From: Lingula anatina
Taxonomy: Eukaryota; Animalia; Brachiopoda
Reading direction: 5' to 3'
DNA length: 64,000 bases
NCBI GenBank assembly: GCA_051362555.1
Contig: CM120640.1
Location: 60,676,788-60,740,787 of the forward strand
The translations under genes were made by a program, and so were the position numbers. Every line of letters starts with the position of its first letter. The first letter of the stretch is position 1. A model generated the notes under the pieces. That model had not been told where the DNA came from. It made no database searches and saw nothing but the letters and a program-made list of their open reading frames with translations. Shown in pieces: positions 1 through 13,510 of this stretch.

Positions 1-1620
1 TAGTACCCATTTCAAAGAAAGATGGAGTGCTATAATGTTATATCGTGTCAAAATTGACAAAATCGCTATTTTGTGCATTGTTATCACCGCGGTTTTCTTC
101 TTCCCGGTGATATGGCTTGTCGAATGAATAACGCAAGGTCCAATCGTTGTTTTCTAACTATGAAATATTTTATTCTGGCGATGACTTTCTCTACAGTATA
201 CAACGATGTACAGGTAGTAACGGCTGCTGGAAGATCAGTGATACGTGTTGCAACCTCTGATGATCAGAAACACTTGTGTTGCTGTATCAACACGCTCTCC
301 CTTTTTATTCTATTCGGTCACCAAGCCCAAACAGCGGATGGTATCCCCAAATATTCGGAGTATCCTCCACTTTTTACTTTCCCCAAACCGGAATGAGATA
401 AAAAAATAAACATGAAACGCTCATCCCGGATCTTCCCAGTCTCGATCCTTTAGACTTAAGATTTAGATATATGTCAAATTGTTAAAAACTATACACTCTT
501 GATTGTTGTCTGTTGCCGATGAAAACAACCCCCAACTTAATCTAACGTATGCAGAAATAAAATCATTATGGTAATGTAATGTTATGGTTTGTCTGTGCAT
601 TTGGCAGCCTTAAGGATATCAATCCAACTCTTCGGGGGACTCTCACTGAATGCAATCAGTTTAACAGATTAACTTGCCTCCTCCTGGTGATAACAAGTAG
701 AATACAAAAAAAGCCAGCGATTACACGAATAAGTTGAAAAATCTGTTAATCTGTTAAACAACTCTGTTGGGGATCCCTTAGTGCAGTCACCGTAAGGGTA
801 GGTAGACCGGGGCTAAACGCCCCACTTAAGCAAGAAACGTCAGTTTTCCCTTCTGAAGGTATAGACCGTTCAAAGTGGGTGTCAACTATAAAGGCCATAC
901 CTAGACTACAAACTTATACTAACGCTTTTGAAAACAAATGACATAAAAACCCTATAGGAAGAAAATAGGTGAATAATAAATTCGGCCTTTTTGCCCCATT
1001 GTTGGGGCAATACGTCTAGCACCAAGGGGCTAAACGCCTACCGTGGGCGTCTTGCCCCAAACTATAAGCGTTATGCCCCGCCTTTTTATACAGAGCAAAA
1101 TAAAATCAAATTACATTTCTACGGTAAACCTTTAAAATCAACAGATAATATTTGTCGGGGTATTGTTTTAAACTGAGACAGGAAAAAAAGACATAAATTT
1201 ATTCAAAATAAGAGTTTTATTTATTATTTAACAGTATAACTATATATCAAAACTAACAATACATCTATCTTTATAGCGTTCAAGTACTCTTTCTGTCCGG
1301 GTCCTCTAATCAATATTCCATTCGCTAATCTGAGAAGATACTTGTAAGCAAAAGTCAAAATTGGTTATAATTAACAGTTATTTTATCTTTAAACAGTATT
1401 GCTCTAACTCAAAACTAAAAGGACTATTGTATCTATAACCTTCAGCTAGTTTCATACCGTTTCTCTCACAATTCTAATTCCTATTTTTCTACTCTGAAAA
1501 GACAATGTCAAACGTTGGTAGAATAAACAGCTAAGTTTTTCATCAAATAGTAAAACTACCTCTCAAAACTAACTTCTAACTACTCTCCGTAATACTATTA
1601 TCTTAATAAAAATATCAGCA

Positions 1621-2855
1621 TTATTCAGAGTCATCTAATTCACAGTTTGGACAGAATTCTATGGCCCAGGAAACAAACAAATCATGGCTTTTCCTCACGT
1701 AAGTGAAATAACTGAGGATAAACATAAAAAACATGCACGAACGAACACTTGCGCATCTTTTCAGAACTATATTTATTTTAAAAAAAGATAAGGGGGAAAA
1801 ATGCATAGTGATAAATGTTGAGAGTCCTTCAGTGCATTCCTCATGGGCCCAAAGAAGACCGGACTGATACTAAATCCAGATATCCCGCGGTCTTGTGCGA
1901 CTTAAAGGTTCGCAGCAGATGAGACACGGCCATTCCTCAACGTCGCTCGTTTCTTCATTAGCTGTTTACTTTCCTCTCCTTTTGATATTTCCGCTTTCCT
2001 TTCTTTTCTGCTGTTTTGATTGCTTTTTAGAGGCATTGTTCTTGGTCTTTTTTTCTTAAGAGAGCAGCCTTGTACAACGATGAGGTTAGCACTGCTGCAG
2101 TTTCTGTTTTTCGCGTTCTTGCCCGCTTTGCTTGCAGCTTTGGAAGAGGGGATAAGTCGTAAATAATTTCCCTTATTCCTTGGACAGATTCTGAGTTTCG
2201 GTTGCTTTGTAGTGGAGGATGAACAGGAATTTCGCCCCCATCTGGGTTGCTCCGAAATGTGCTGTAGTACGCAGTCATAGTGACCGACATCCTGGCCGCA
2301 TCTGGTAAAGCGGACGACCAGCTCGGCGTTTCGGGACGGCGCGTAGTGATGGGCGTCGAGACATGCCTTATACATGCCAAAGAAATTGGTCACATGAGGC
2401 TTATTAAAGCCTACAGCAAGCGCGATGCTGGTTGTCTGAGGCCGACAAATGCTTAAGCCGTGACGCGAGAGCGCTAGAAACCCTTGCACCCAGTCCTGCC
2501 CTGCCATCCGTAGCTCTCTGTTGTACAGATGGACGACATGTGCCTTTTCCGCTACCTCAAATGCAAGGCGCTGCATATCTCGGATTTTTAACCCGTATAG
2601 TCGTCTCTCCATTTCAATGACATGAGACTTCAGTTGTAATTCTACTGTTTGCGGCAGGGCGCTGTGATACCTTCCAAAATTAAGAGTACCTTGTAGGCCT
2701 ACAGCCACTTGCTTTTCCCGGTGGCGTTGCAGGGTGCGTGCTGGTACACCGAACTCTTGGTTGGCTCGGACAAGAGGCACGCCTACAGACAAAGCCTTTA
2801 GTGCTGCTGCCAGGTTTTCCTGACCATATTTGCCTTTGTCAGACTTTCTCCCATT
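1621..2855 (-). pseudogene. Disrupted pogo-type transposase: psq-like HTH, CENP-B-type HTH, mostly deleted DDE, C-terminal PHD-like finger
   Basis: ORF 1902-2792 contains VRANQEFGVPARTLQRH (HTH) and LKSHVIEMERRLYGL..AGQDWVQGF..RPQTTSIALAVGFNK (CENP-B-like). Another frame gives CLICCEP..WI*..WAHEECT and then CPNCELDDSE*, with frameshifts and a stop. Confidence 0.8.
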
Positions 2856-3393
2856 TTTTTCTGTAAATTAAAGAGAAAAATTATGTTTCAGAAATCAATA
2901 AAGAAACATAGCCTAAGGACGTACCCAGAAATTGCTTTAAAATATGAGCATATACTCAGGAAACAAACAAATTATGGCTTTTCCTGAGGATAAACATTTA
3001 AAAAAACATGCATGAACGAACACTTTCGCATCTTTTCAAAATTATTTTTATTAAAAAAAAAGATAAGGGGCAAAACGCATAGCGATCAGGGCAAAACGCC
3101 TATGGTAAGCTTTTTAATTGCCTCATGTCCGACTGGGCATTTGCCCCAAAGTGACACTTTGTTTATTTTTGTAAAATTTGGCGGGAAAGGTGTTACATAA
3201 TCTTACACCATGGACGGTTGTGCTGAGTTCTAATATCGTCCTATCTGTCACAAACAAAGTATTTTTAATTCGTGCATTTGGTAGATGGTGTCACTGATGT
3301 TAGGGAAAAGTCTAAATAACTCTAAACAAGGAAAAAACGAACACATTATTATAAAATGCTAACCTTTTAGTTTCTGGTAATGTTCGTCATGGA

Positions 3394-4007
3394 CACCCTG
3401 AGCTTCAGAGCTAACTTGACACTAACCTTTTCACTGTAGCCTATCTCCATCGTGTCAAGTAACCTCTGACCAGATTCGAGTGCCCCCGCCGCCCGCCAAT
3501 CAAATTTAAAGCCCGCACTCAATGACTCATTGAACGATCTAGCCAATGAACGCGAACGAGTCAAAGCGCGCTTTGTTCAAATCCGGACCAATAAAAGATA
3601 AGGCCGAATATCAGGGACTTGCCGTAACCTGTGGGCAGCACGCAAAATACATCATCCCTCAGTAGATAATGATGCAGGGCATCATACTGCTCTGGTTTCA
3701 ATTCCGATATACTCCATGCTTTCTTTGTGTACGGTTATGTACTCGGAACCACTCGGAACTACTCGGATGTCTCCGCACTCGACAATAACTATGTTGTTGG
3801 TATGGAGCTTGCGGAATCAGCCGAGGATTGCCGATTGACGATCAACCAATCAGCGTTTTCACCAAACTTTGGTGAAAAATTTTGAAACATGGATTCGATT
3901 GGCTTATATAAAATAGGTCAAACTATTTTCGTCAGAGGTTACTTGACACGATGGAGATAGGCTACAGTGAAAAGGTTAGTGTCAAGTTAGCTCTGAAGCT
4001 CAGGGTG
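3394..4007. mobile_element. Non-autonomous TIR element (hAT/P-like MITE) nested in the pogo element
   Basis: 77-bp perfect TIRs (3394-3470 and 3931-4007, CACCCTGAG...CTCAGGGTG) with an 8-bp TSD gtcatgga at 3386-3393 and 4008-4015. Confidence 0.92.
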
Positions 4008-5304
4008 GTCATGGAGGATTCGTCTGCTAGAAATCGGCAGCACTTAGACAAAACATCACGTGACGCGTAATATTACGCAATATCAGAAAACGGCGGGTGG
4101 GCGTTTGAACCCGACTGGGCATTTATATTAGCCCCGGTCTACCCTACATATGAACCCAGCGTCGGTGGAGCATGGATTCCCAGTAACACATATAAACCAC
4201 TTCGACGTGTCATGGGATAAACTGAATAAATCACTTGATCAGCCACAAAAGCCACAGCCACAGTTTACACTGCTCCTTTCTTTAAATTTTTGGTCAGAAA
4301 TTTAACCTACTTAGGCCTATGTGACCGACTTTTCTGCCCCATGTATACAGCATAAAAATCCGTTCAAATATAATTTTTAAGGTAATAATAAATATCAATA
4401 AATAAATAGATATTTAATATTAAACAAGGTCCTTTAATTGGTAATTCTCTTACTGTAGCTATAGGCCTACTATTTAAAACAATATGCTGGCATTTGGCTG
4501 GCTTTTGTGGCAAAAAATTGACTTCATATACATATTTAAAGGGATAAAAACTCTTCATATGAGTTCTATATTTCACAATAAAAACATTGTAAACAGCTTA
4601 TAGAAATATAACATATTCTGTTTTATCACAAAAATGGCAATTACAGCTATTATTCTTATATCTGAGCTTGTCATCGGACCACGTGACCTCCATAGTTGGC
4701 TATACTCTGTAATAATCTCTTAAGAGATTATAACAAAAAAAGAAAAAAAAAGAAAAAAAAACTTTTTAGAAAAAACAGGGGCTAACTTTGAATGTAGAAA
4801 TGGATTTATTGACCATTGGTAAGAATGTAAAAATTGTTGTTTACTCCAGGAAAATTTATTTTTTGGCCAAAACGAAGGTTCAGTTATTATCCCTTTAACT
4901 GAATGAAACTCCTCCCCAGCTGAGGGGTAGTTGATTTTCATGTGCGCTTGGCTTCTGGAAGTTATCTGGGCTCTATAACTCGAAAACATGGCAATTGCGA
5001 CCGCATGCAAGCATAGCGATCGATATCTATTTGCGATGGCGACTGCACCCCACCTGCTAACTCTAAACCTTAGCAGTCGCAATTGCGTGTCCGTAAGTAT
5101 AATTATAGCCTCGAACACTACTTAAGTTAAAGTGAAGTCGTCATAACACAATTACTCATAATGTACAAAATTGTGATTTTATTTAATTATGATACTAATC
5201 AAGAGATTGTTCTGATTTATAGGAATATCACAATTACAAATACAAATACTGATATTTGAAGTGTTTGACACCAATAACATCCCTTATAAAAGGATTAAGC
5301 ACCC

Positions 5305-5466
5305 ACAGATCTTTTAGCACTAACTCCCATTTTAACCACATAATTAACCATCACAACCTGAATGTTAGTGCCAGGAATCACTCTGTTAGTGGTAAATACT
5401 TTACCGGTGAGTTGGTTAATTCGTGGGTTGTGTGGTTAATGTCGGTGTTAGTGCTAAAACATCTGC
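5305..5466. mobile_element. Small degenerate foldback/MITE
   Basis: cagatcttttagcactaac..ttaaccaca is inverted relative to tgtggttaa..gttagtgctaaaacatctg. Confidence 0.5.
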
Positions 5467-5943
5467 CTCGAAGTAACGTTTGTTAGAAACGTCTAATCCA
5501 TTTTTGGGACCTAAATAAAATGTCAAAAACAATTCAAAAAGCGAAGCGCGCGTGTTATTATGGACTGATACAATTACTGATACATTCAGTGGCGGATATA
5601 GAGGGGGGATAAGGGGGTTCCTGACACCTCCCCCCCCTTCGGTTTCTGAAAAAATCACACTAATATCCCCCTCTTGGAATTAGAGGATGGGAGACCATTC
5701 GAAATCAGTGGCATCTCTTTTGAAGTGTGGTTGGCCATATTAAGTCGGCGGAGCAGTTAGTAGTCGGATCATCTATTCTGAATGGGGCCTTAGACCTAGT
5801 TTTTAAAACCAAGCTGCTTAACCTGAGGCACACCAGGATTATCGCTCGTATTCTTGATCGGCTACCCTACCCGTTAGTCCTGCCATCATCTTAATTCGCT
5901 GAGATATTAGCGAGGAGTCAACAGCTGCCACGTTAAACCAATG

Positions 5944-5947
<4 letters not shown>

Positions 5948-6007
<60 letters not shown>
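5948..6007. repeat. (TA)n microsatellite
   Basis: Directly visible. Similar tracts at ~10371-10428, ~21670-21722 and ~45450-45516; (CA)n at ~6272-6320; (AAT)n at ~8119-8166. Confidence 0.95.
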
Positions 6008-6010
<3 letters not shown>

Positions 6011-6282
6011 ATCTTTAAGCGCAGTCAATAAATGTACCACCTGGGATGTCCCTCACGGGTATTATAATTACCAAATGTGAATCAGCTCTATAAACCACTT
6101 TTTTCTTAAGGGAGTATTATTTTTATAATAATTGAGACCTTCACTGCATAGATGAAATGACCAGAGGCCATCCCATGCACCCTTTTCATTCACCCTTTTG
6201 CAGTTAAAATTTAAAATGCCTTTTAAGGATGGTGTGCAACTCACCATACTATCGCCAAAATACCCCCCCCCACACACACACA

Positions 6283-6321
<39 letters not shown>

Positions 6322-6389
6322 CCGTTTGCGTTAAAGGAAGGCCTCAAAAGACTCCTAGATTTTGTTTGGGATGCCTCTTTGGAAGAAGG

Positions 6390-6760
6390 ACTGGGGATCA
6401 ACTGCAAGAAGACCTTGAGTATGGTTATCTCCCAGGAAAATCAACCTCCAGCATGTGATTTAGTATGCAATAAAATCCCAATTGAACAAGTTCATTCTTT
6501 CAATTACCCCGGGTCAATATTGAAGTCGGTTGGAAGATGTGTAAAGGAGATCAGAAGACGAATAGGAATGGCGAAAACTAGGTAAGGCATGGACTCTCTA
6601 GGCTGCAACGACTAAAAACATAGAGGCTGCAGATATGTGGTTCTACAATCGAATGCTGCGTATCTCATATAATATAATGCTCATGTAACTAACAACTCGG
6701 TTCTCAAACGAGTTGGACAAGATCGACAACTCCTAAGAATTATGAAGGAGAGACAAATAT
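6390..6760 (+). mobile_element. RTE-clade LINE fragment (region C-terminal to RT)
   Basis: INCKKTLSMVI..IEQVHSFNYPGS..CVKEIRRRIGMAK, followed by IEAADMWFYNRMLRISY and VTNNSVLKRVG, typical of RTE ORF2. Confidence 0.8.
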
Positions 6761-8119
6761 TCATGTTATAACATCTTGTGTAAAGATATTTTAAGGTTGT
6801 TTAGTTGTCTATCAAATGAACAAGTCTATACTTGGACAAATAAAACGCCCAGGGTCATTCGTTGGTTAAGGGTGGAATGTTAAGTCTAAAAAAGAGGAAC
6901 ATTAACATGATTTTTTACATTCTAGAATGGCAAATTCAAATTTGGCCTGAAGAAAGAATATTGTGTGTGGTTTGGGACCAAGGTCTATATTAATCGCTGG
7001 GCAAAAAAGGGGAGGAAATCTATTTTTCAGCCGAGATCACCCATATTTGATTATTGCAGACATCTGCTCTAAATACTTCAGTAATAATAAAAATAAAATA
7101 TAACGTTTCGTTTAGCCTATTAATTGCCGTAAAAAGACATTTTGAAGAAACTTATAGTCTCGAAGTGTGCGTTCACATTAAAACTATAATACTGGGTTGT
7201 TCGAGCTAACTCCGCGGGGACTCTCAGTGAACAAAAACATAACCCCCTTGTCGGGGGAGGAAGGAAATAATTAATAATAATAATAATAGTAAAAATAATG
7301 ATAAAAAAGGTACTAGTCCATTTACAATATTCAATTTTGTATCACAGCTCCAGAAAAAGATATCATGACGGGGTTTTGTGGTCGGCAACGGCGCGTTACG
7401 ATACGGTCAATATTAACGCTATTCTCTCTGCTCCTTGGAAGTTTTATTGCTCATATACGAAGTGCATGGAATAAGAGATGTGAGCACCGTGTCCCCTTTG
7501 CTTTGACATGTTAAAGTTTTACCAAGGTGCCGGGTTGCGTTCTCTCTGACGTCGCTGGCATGTCTTTCCCGTCTGTTCCACTTCTGCATTTCAATGCCCG
7601 ACTGATTTCCGCTGATTTTGCAACCCTTTTTATAAAAATTATTAGGGTGACAGGTGGCTCACATCTCATGTCAGAAGGGCTTTTCTCACGGTTACTTAAC
7701 TATTAGAAATACTAAGTTCCGATCTGTGACCTTTACATTACGGTTTCACTCGTTCTTCGATAATCGGTATTTAATTTTGACTCAACTAGAACTGGTCATT
7801 TCCTGAACTCACTACAATGGTGTCTATACACCAGCACATGGTCTGACACAAAAATTATTACATCTTGCTTGCTTAATGAGATAAGATTGAGATATTCCAA
7901 AATGTTGTTATTATCACTTAGTAAGTGATTCTGAAAATGAATTATTATTATTTTTATTTGTCTTAAACTTATAACACTGCCGTGTTATGATATAATAACG
8001 AATAAACCAACACCATTTAATATTTGCAATCCTGACGTAAGATGCAAATCACCTGCCACCTAAAATTGAGGGGGGCTTAACGAGATTTTCACTGAAACAA
8101 ACAAAGAAACAAACAAACA

Positions 8120-8166
<47 letters not shown>

Positions 8167-8412
8167 GCGTCACGTGACTCGGAGAGAGCTAGGGAGAGAC
8201 CGGCAGCTATTACATATGCAGGTAAATGGCATTTGAACATTTTTAGCTATTTCAAAACAGCTGTGCTTTTTAAAAGATGGGAGGCACTCAGGTAGAAAAA
8301 GGTAAAAGTTAAAACATTATTTAAAACCTTAGGATCTACTGTAAATACTGGGACCCGAAACCTGGGTACATTTTTTAATCGGCATTCAAAAAAGATGCCT
8401 TGGGAGTAGGTC

Positions 8413-9278
8413 CAGGCCTACCCAACTACCAGACTCGGCACCTACGGATCCAGAATAAACCGGTATATCAGACCACACTACCCGTTTTCAAGGTGTGTGT
8501 CAGATCGCATTACAGTGTATCATACCCCATCACAAATTTTGTAAGCCTACCTGTCATCCGGGTATCGCGCCTCGTTTTCGTCAAGTAGGAGTCGTATGAA
8601 TACAACAACATGGAAATCGGCAATCCTCGGCTCATTCCGCAAGCTACATACTATTGTCGAGTGCGGAGACATCGGAGTAGTTCCGAGTGACAACATGGCG
8701 ACAGACGACTCACTGAATCTCGTCCAGAAAATATTTAACCCCCGACAGAATATGCTTCCGCTATCAAAATTAGGTCTACTTTTCTAAATGAATATATAAG
8801 TTTGCAAGTTCTTATTTACAAAACATCATTGGCTATGTTCGAACCTAAATTTTATGTTAAAAATTGCGGTATTGTCAGATTTTTAGCATAAACAGGGAAA
8901 ATTGCAGCAGCGCATGAATCTAGATGAGATGCACTACTTTCCAACCCCGCTTTAGACCACGGTGGAAGTGAAAAACAAAAGATTCAGACGTGGTGTAACT
9001 CGCATAACCGCATGTCTTGCAAGAATGCGTTATAACCCGCTAATGGACCCGTGGTCTAAATAAGATAGATCCCTCGTCAGCGAGGGTTATGTGACATCCA
9101 CTCGTGCTTCGCACTCGTGAATGCCGTGTACTATCACATCGCGCACCAGCCAAAATCGGTGTGGTGGCTGATACTCTGTAATGCGATCTGACACACACCT
9201 TGAAAACGGGTAGTGTGGTCTGATATACCGGTTTATTCTGGATCCGTAGGTGTCGAGTCTGGTAGTTGGTTAGGCCTG
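8413..9278. mobile_element. Non-autonomous TIR element with ~110-bp TIRs
   Basis: caggcctacccaactaccagactcggcacctacggatccagaataaaccgg... is near-perfectly inverted at ~9169-9278. Flanking direct repeat aggtc at 8408-8412 and 9279-9283. Confidence 0.88.
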
Positions 9279-9599
9279 AGGTCTAACGATGTGGAGACGT
9301 ATTGATGCGTGTAATAGGCCTATATCATGCTTTTGCGTGTAGAGTAATATCTCGCGATGCGGGGTTGTAACAATACGGGAATTACCCCGGAATAATTCTT
9401 ATTGGATGATTAGTTTCAAGAGACACCGTAGACTCGTCTCTAGTTGGTTCTACGTATACTGGAAATTGCAGAGGCATGTTGATGATTGTGGTGGGTTTCC
9501 AGTGCCAATTCCAGTTTCCGGATAATCTGATAACCTTATGTTAAATTATACTGGTATTGGGGGAGATTGATTTGTGGTTCATTCCCAATGAAACTATCG

Positions 9600-9810
9600 G
9601 TCTACTTAGATCGATCTAACTCCACGGGGACTCTCATTGAATGCAATCAGATATTTGCAGATTAACAATCCTCCTCCTGGCATTGAGAAGAATGCAGAAA
9701 AGCTGGTGATCATACGAGTAGGTTAGAAACAAGAGGAGGGATGTTGATCTGCTAATCTGATTGCATTCAGTGAGAGTCTCAATAGAGCTTGGTCCATAGA
9801 TATAGAACTC
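9600..9810. mobile_element. Foldback MITE, core type A
   Basis: gatcgatctaactccacggggactctcattgaatgcaatcaga ... tctgattgcattcagtgagagtctc. Related copies at ~617-790, ~16470-16682 and partial ~36699-36745. Confidence 0.75.
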
Positions 9811-10367
9811 TATAAATTTTCATTGTGAATGAGCCCCTAGATCTTTTGTAGTCTCTAGAAGTGTCCTATTTCAGGGATGTTTTCTTATCATTTTCTTTTA
9901 CAGGGTAAGGTACCAGTAGAAGTAGTAATAGGGTTGGATCTTGATTACTACTTACCAGAAGATACTGTGTGAGTATGTTGTGGGGACTTATGCAGGACAA
10001 GTACATTCAAAGCTGCCAAACTTTAGGGGAAATGACAGTTAGGTTTACACAATATTGGTATTTTCTGAGTTTTAAGATTTTAGCCAAGAAACAAATTATG
10101 TTCAAGAACTGAAATCAATCCTGGAGCCTAGCTGGATACAATGGCACAAAAGACTACATATAATGCAGTATACTAGAAGGAAAGGTTTGCAGGATATATT
10201 CCTTTGAAGAGATGGGGGTTTCAGTTCAGTAAGTTAAACAGTTCCTATGTCTAGATTTAGCTGTTTCAGTAGCATTGCTCAATTGCAATCAAGGTTGTAG
10301 ATTGCATATCTATAAGAGTACAATGAAATTTTTCCACTCTGAAGGGGGTGCTTCCATAAACCTATAG

Positions 10368-10430
<63 letters not shown>

Positions 10431-10431
10431 C

Positions 10432-10630
10432 ACTAGCTGGATCGATCTTACTCTGTGGGGATTCAGTGAAAGCGGCTTAAATGTCTGGCAAGGCTACTCA
10501 AGCTGCTAGGGGGTAATTAATATAGTCAATTACCCACTAGTTACTCAAGGAGGCGTGCCAGACAGTTAAGCTGATTACCCTGATTGCTCTTTGGAGCAAA
10601 ACCCCGGAGAGTTAGATTGATCCAGCTTGT
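10432..10630. mobile_element. Foldback MITE, core type B
   Basis: ctagctggatcgatct ... agattgatccagct, with inner arms tgtctggca..ctcaag / ctcaagga..tgccagaca. Confidence 0.75.
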
Positions 10631-11299
10631 ACGATGGGTTTAAGTCAACGTGAGAGTTTGTGAATTAAAATATTCTTTCACATTATATTTTTATTTTATT
10701 TTTTGATACAGTAAAATGTTTTGGTGGCTTTACTTTCTTGCTGTAGCATGAACTTTATGTTGTAGGTCTACTTGCTTGTTTAAAACTTTTGCCATTTAAT
10801 TTTCGTATTTGAACTTTACTGGCCTAATGGATATGCCCTATCAACAATCATTCATCCAAGCATCCAAGGTCATCCAGAGCAACCCTTTGTCCGATTGCAA
10901 TTGGGTACTGCCATTATACAGTAGTCATGAAATGTAGGCTCCCATTGGTTGACGTCTGAAGGAAGGTATTGTCTGTTGATATACAGACTTGACATTTAAT
11001 ATGGTATATTTCAGTTTTAAAGGTATACCTAGGTAAAAATGCGTTCTTTTTCAGAAAAAAAAAACTCATGTAAGATATCACAACCAATTAACTGACTACC
11101 AGGTCTGTTGCACTGCTGCATTGTGTAATATGCAGTGATTTAATTGGCTGGTGCTCCTTTGGTCTGGTCAAAGCTTGGCTTTGGGGAAGCATGGTTCTGT
11201 CAAAAAAGTATCCATATGTCGGCAACTACTGCATCGAAGAAATTGAAAGTTTGCATGAAAGAAGTCAGTTTTGCAGTGCGTAAAATGAGTTTAGCAGCG

Positions 11300-12280
11300 T
11301 TTTACAATATTGTTTATCTGTGCCAGAATGGCGCGAAAAAGAGAGACATTGAAAGACAGATTATTGTGTCAAACGGAATGGTCTACACAGTTTTATAGAG
11401 TTATGCCCAGACTGATGCACTACACAGAGACCTTGTCCAATGTATCGCCATCTTACCACCAGGGTACAGGACTCATTGTCTGTCTGGATTTGATGCTGCA
11501 ATGAAACAAAATCCACCCAGTCCTTTTTTGAATGAGGGGCAAATTGTCACCAAAACGCGTTTTTCAAGGCTCTTAGCGAACACCAAACTGGTTTAAGAAG
11601 GTTAGGATACCAGGCGACCTCTGAGGAAGCCACTGTTAACAGCAAAACAGCGTTGTCTGTTTCTCTAATGAAATGGGGACCATGACCGTTTCTGGGTAGA
11701 ACACTGAAACCGCGTGGCTTTTTTTATTGAGGTCAGATTTCACCTGTACTGCTAAACTGGTCAAAACAGAGTTTACAAACATACTGAGAGGCCTACCACA
11801 AGGCGTGTGCTACTTCCTAAGTGACTAGGGTCATTGACAGCGTCAGTATTTGGAGTGGATACCGCATTGGTGCCAAAACACCAATGGATGTCATTGATGA
11901 AAACCTGAAACAGATCAAATAAAGTAATAAACTGGGAACCACTTGACTGTAGGGGGCACCTTAGGAACGATTTTAGGTTGCACGATGAGATTGCAGGTTC
12001 ACACAGAGCACTTTTAATAGCAGATAAATTACAGAACCAAAGGAATGTGCAGCTACCTTGGTAATCAAAATCGCCATATTTGAACCACATAGCCAATATT
12101 TAGGGAGGACATTACTCGCCGAATCAATGGTCTGCATGTCTTACAACAAAACTGAACCAAATTGGACAGGTTTTAACCGTTGTTTGGGATTTTATTCCAG
12201 ATTAAACTCTAAAAACCTATCCCAAGGAATCCCTTGCCGCTTGAAGGCTCTGGTAGCAGCAAGATGAGGTCAGGCGGGAC
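11300..12280 (+). pseudogene. Highly degenerate Tc1-like transposase remnant
   Basis: Residual motifs V.FSNE (cf. FSDE), LNHIANI (cf. DLNPIEN) and IPCRLKALVAAR (cf. MPRRL.AVIAARGG) occur in the expected order, with many frameshifts. Confidence 0.5.
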
Positions 12281-13129
12281 AGCGACTGTTGCTATGACTA
12301 GACACTGACAGGAGGGGCCTTTGTGGGCCGTGTAACTCTTTTAAAGACGATAATTTGGAAAATATGGAGATCCAAAATATCGCTTTCAATGGTTGTCATA
12401 TGACTTAAAATAGGCAATGTATTTTTGTCTGCTTTACTGGCGAATTCAATTAACGAACTGATGTCACAATGACATCAAAGAGATAATTAAAAGTTATAAA
12501 AACACGATTTTAATCCTTATTTTCATTTATCAGTCAGCAAAATAGGAAAAAAAACGATGATTTGGAAAAAAATATTCCATATTAAAAGTCAAGTCTATAT
12601 ATATATATGCACGTCCACAACATTACATTGGGACATGGGCAACATGACGCCGATCTTTTGAGCACGCTTTTCGCTTAGAATATGCATCGTATTATGCTTT
12701 GTATTCATAAATTTTGGAAAATGTAACATTTAACACATACAAAAATTATTAGGAAAGAGTACACTTAATTTCACAGAGTTGCGAAAGCACGCTGCGATTC
12801 TGAATCGGCGGTTTAACAGCAACTGCATAATCCCCACATAAAATCGTCTCTTGTGCGCACGCATTCCGTTTATAATATACGTCGTATTTTGCTTCATATT
12901 CATCAAGTTTGGAAAATGTAACACATATGGAAATTATCAGGGAAGAGTACACTTAACTTCAGAGAGAATAGGACGTTAAACAGTAATGACGTGAAGTTGA
13001 TTTTCGGGAGTACGTTACACGCCAAAAAGCGGGGACCGGATATAGCAAATTTAATTAGTCTCATTTTATAATTGTGTGACTAGGTCATGTTTTTTTTTTT
13101 TTGGCTTTTGGCATGCACACACTACAGAA

Positions 13130-13510
13130 AGACAAAAATTGTTCTTCATTTTGATGGGAGAAGCCATATACTGGCAGTCTAACTGTGACCTTGAAATTGA
13201 CCTTTGACCTACTTTTCACCGTGAACTGAACTTTGCACTTTTCCATCCCTTAAATATGTCTACAAAACTGACAGAGATATGCCCATAGTAACTATTAAAC
13301 TGGAATAGGAAGTCATATACTGTTAATCTAACTGTGACTTTGACATTGCCCTTTGATCTGTTTTTCACCATGAACTGAACTTTGGAACTTTATATCTCCA
13401 AAACTGGCTGAGATATGCCCATAGTTACTATTTACTTGAGTAGGATGCCATATACTGGCAATCTAACTGTGACCTTGAATTTGACCTTACTACTTTTCAC
13501 CATGAACCAC
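13130..13510 (+). repeat. Three ~150-bp tandem units rich in tgaccttga (HINE-type internal repeat)
   Basis: Repeated catatactggcaatctaactgtgaccttgaa..gacct..ttttcac. Inverse-orientation copies at ~50730-51045. Confidence 0.75.

Larger units (their letters stand above)
801..4144 (-). mobile_element. Degenerate pogo/Fot1-like (Tc1/mariner superfamily) DNA transposon
   Basis: TIR ggtagaccggggctaa at 801-816 and its inverse ttagccccggtctacc at ~4128-4143, each flanked by TA. Minus-strand transposase remnant inside. Confidence 0.8.

Noticed and set aside
73-396. 107-aa ORF at window start
   Set aside because: Non-ATG start, no recognisable motif and no supporting splice structure.
6068-6458. ORFs with CVCVCV/HTHTHT tracts (likewise YYYY, IYIY, FFFF and LLLL ORFs elsewhere)
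   Set aside because: These are translations of microsatellites.
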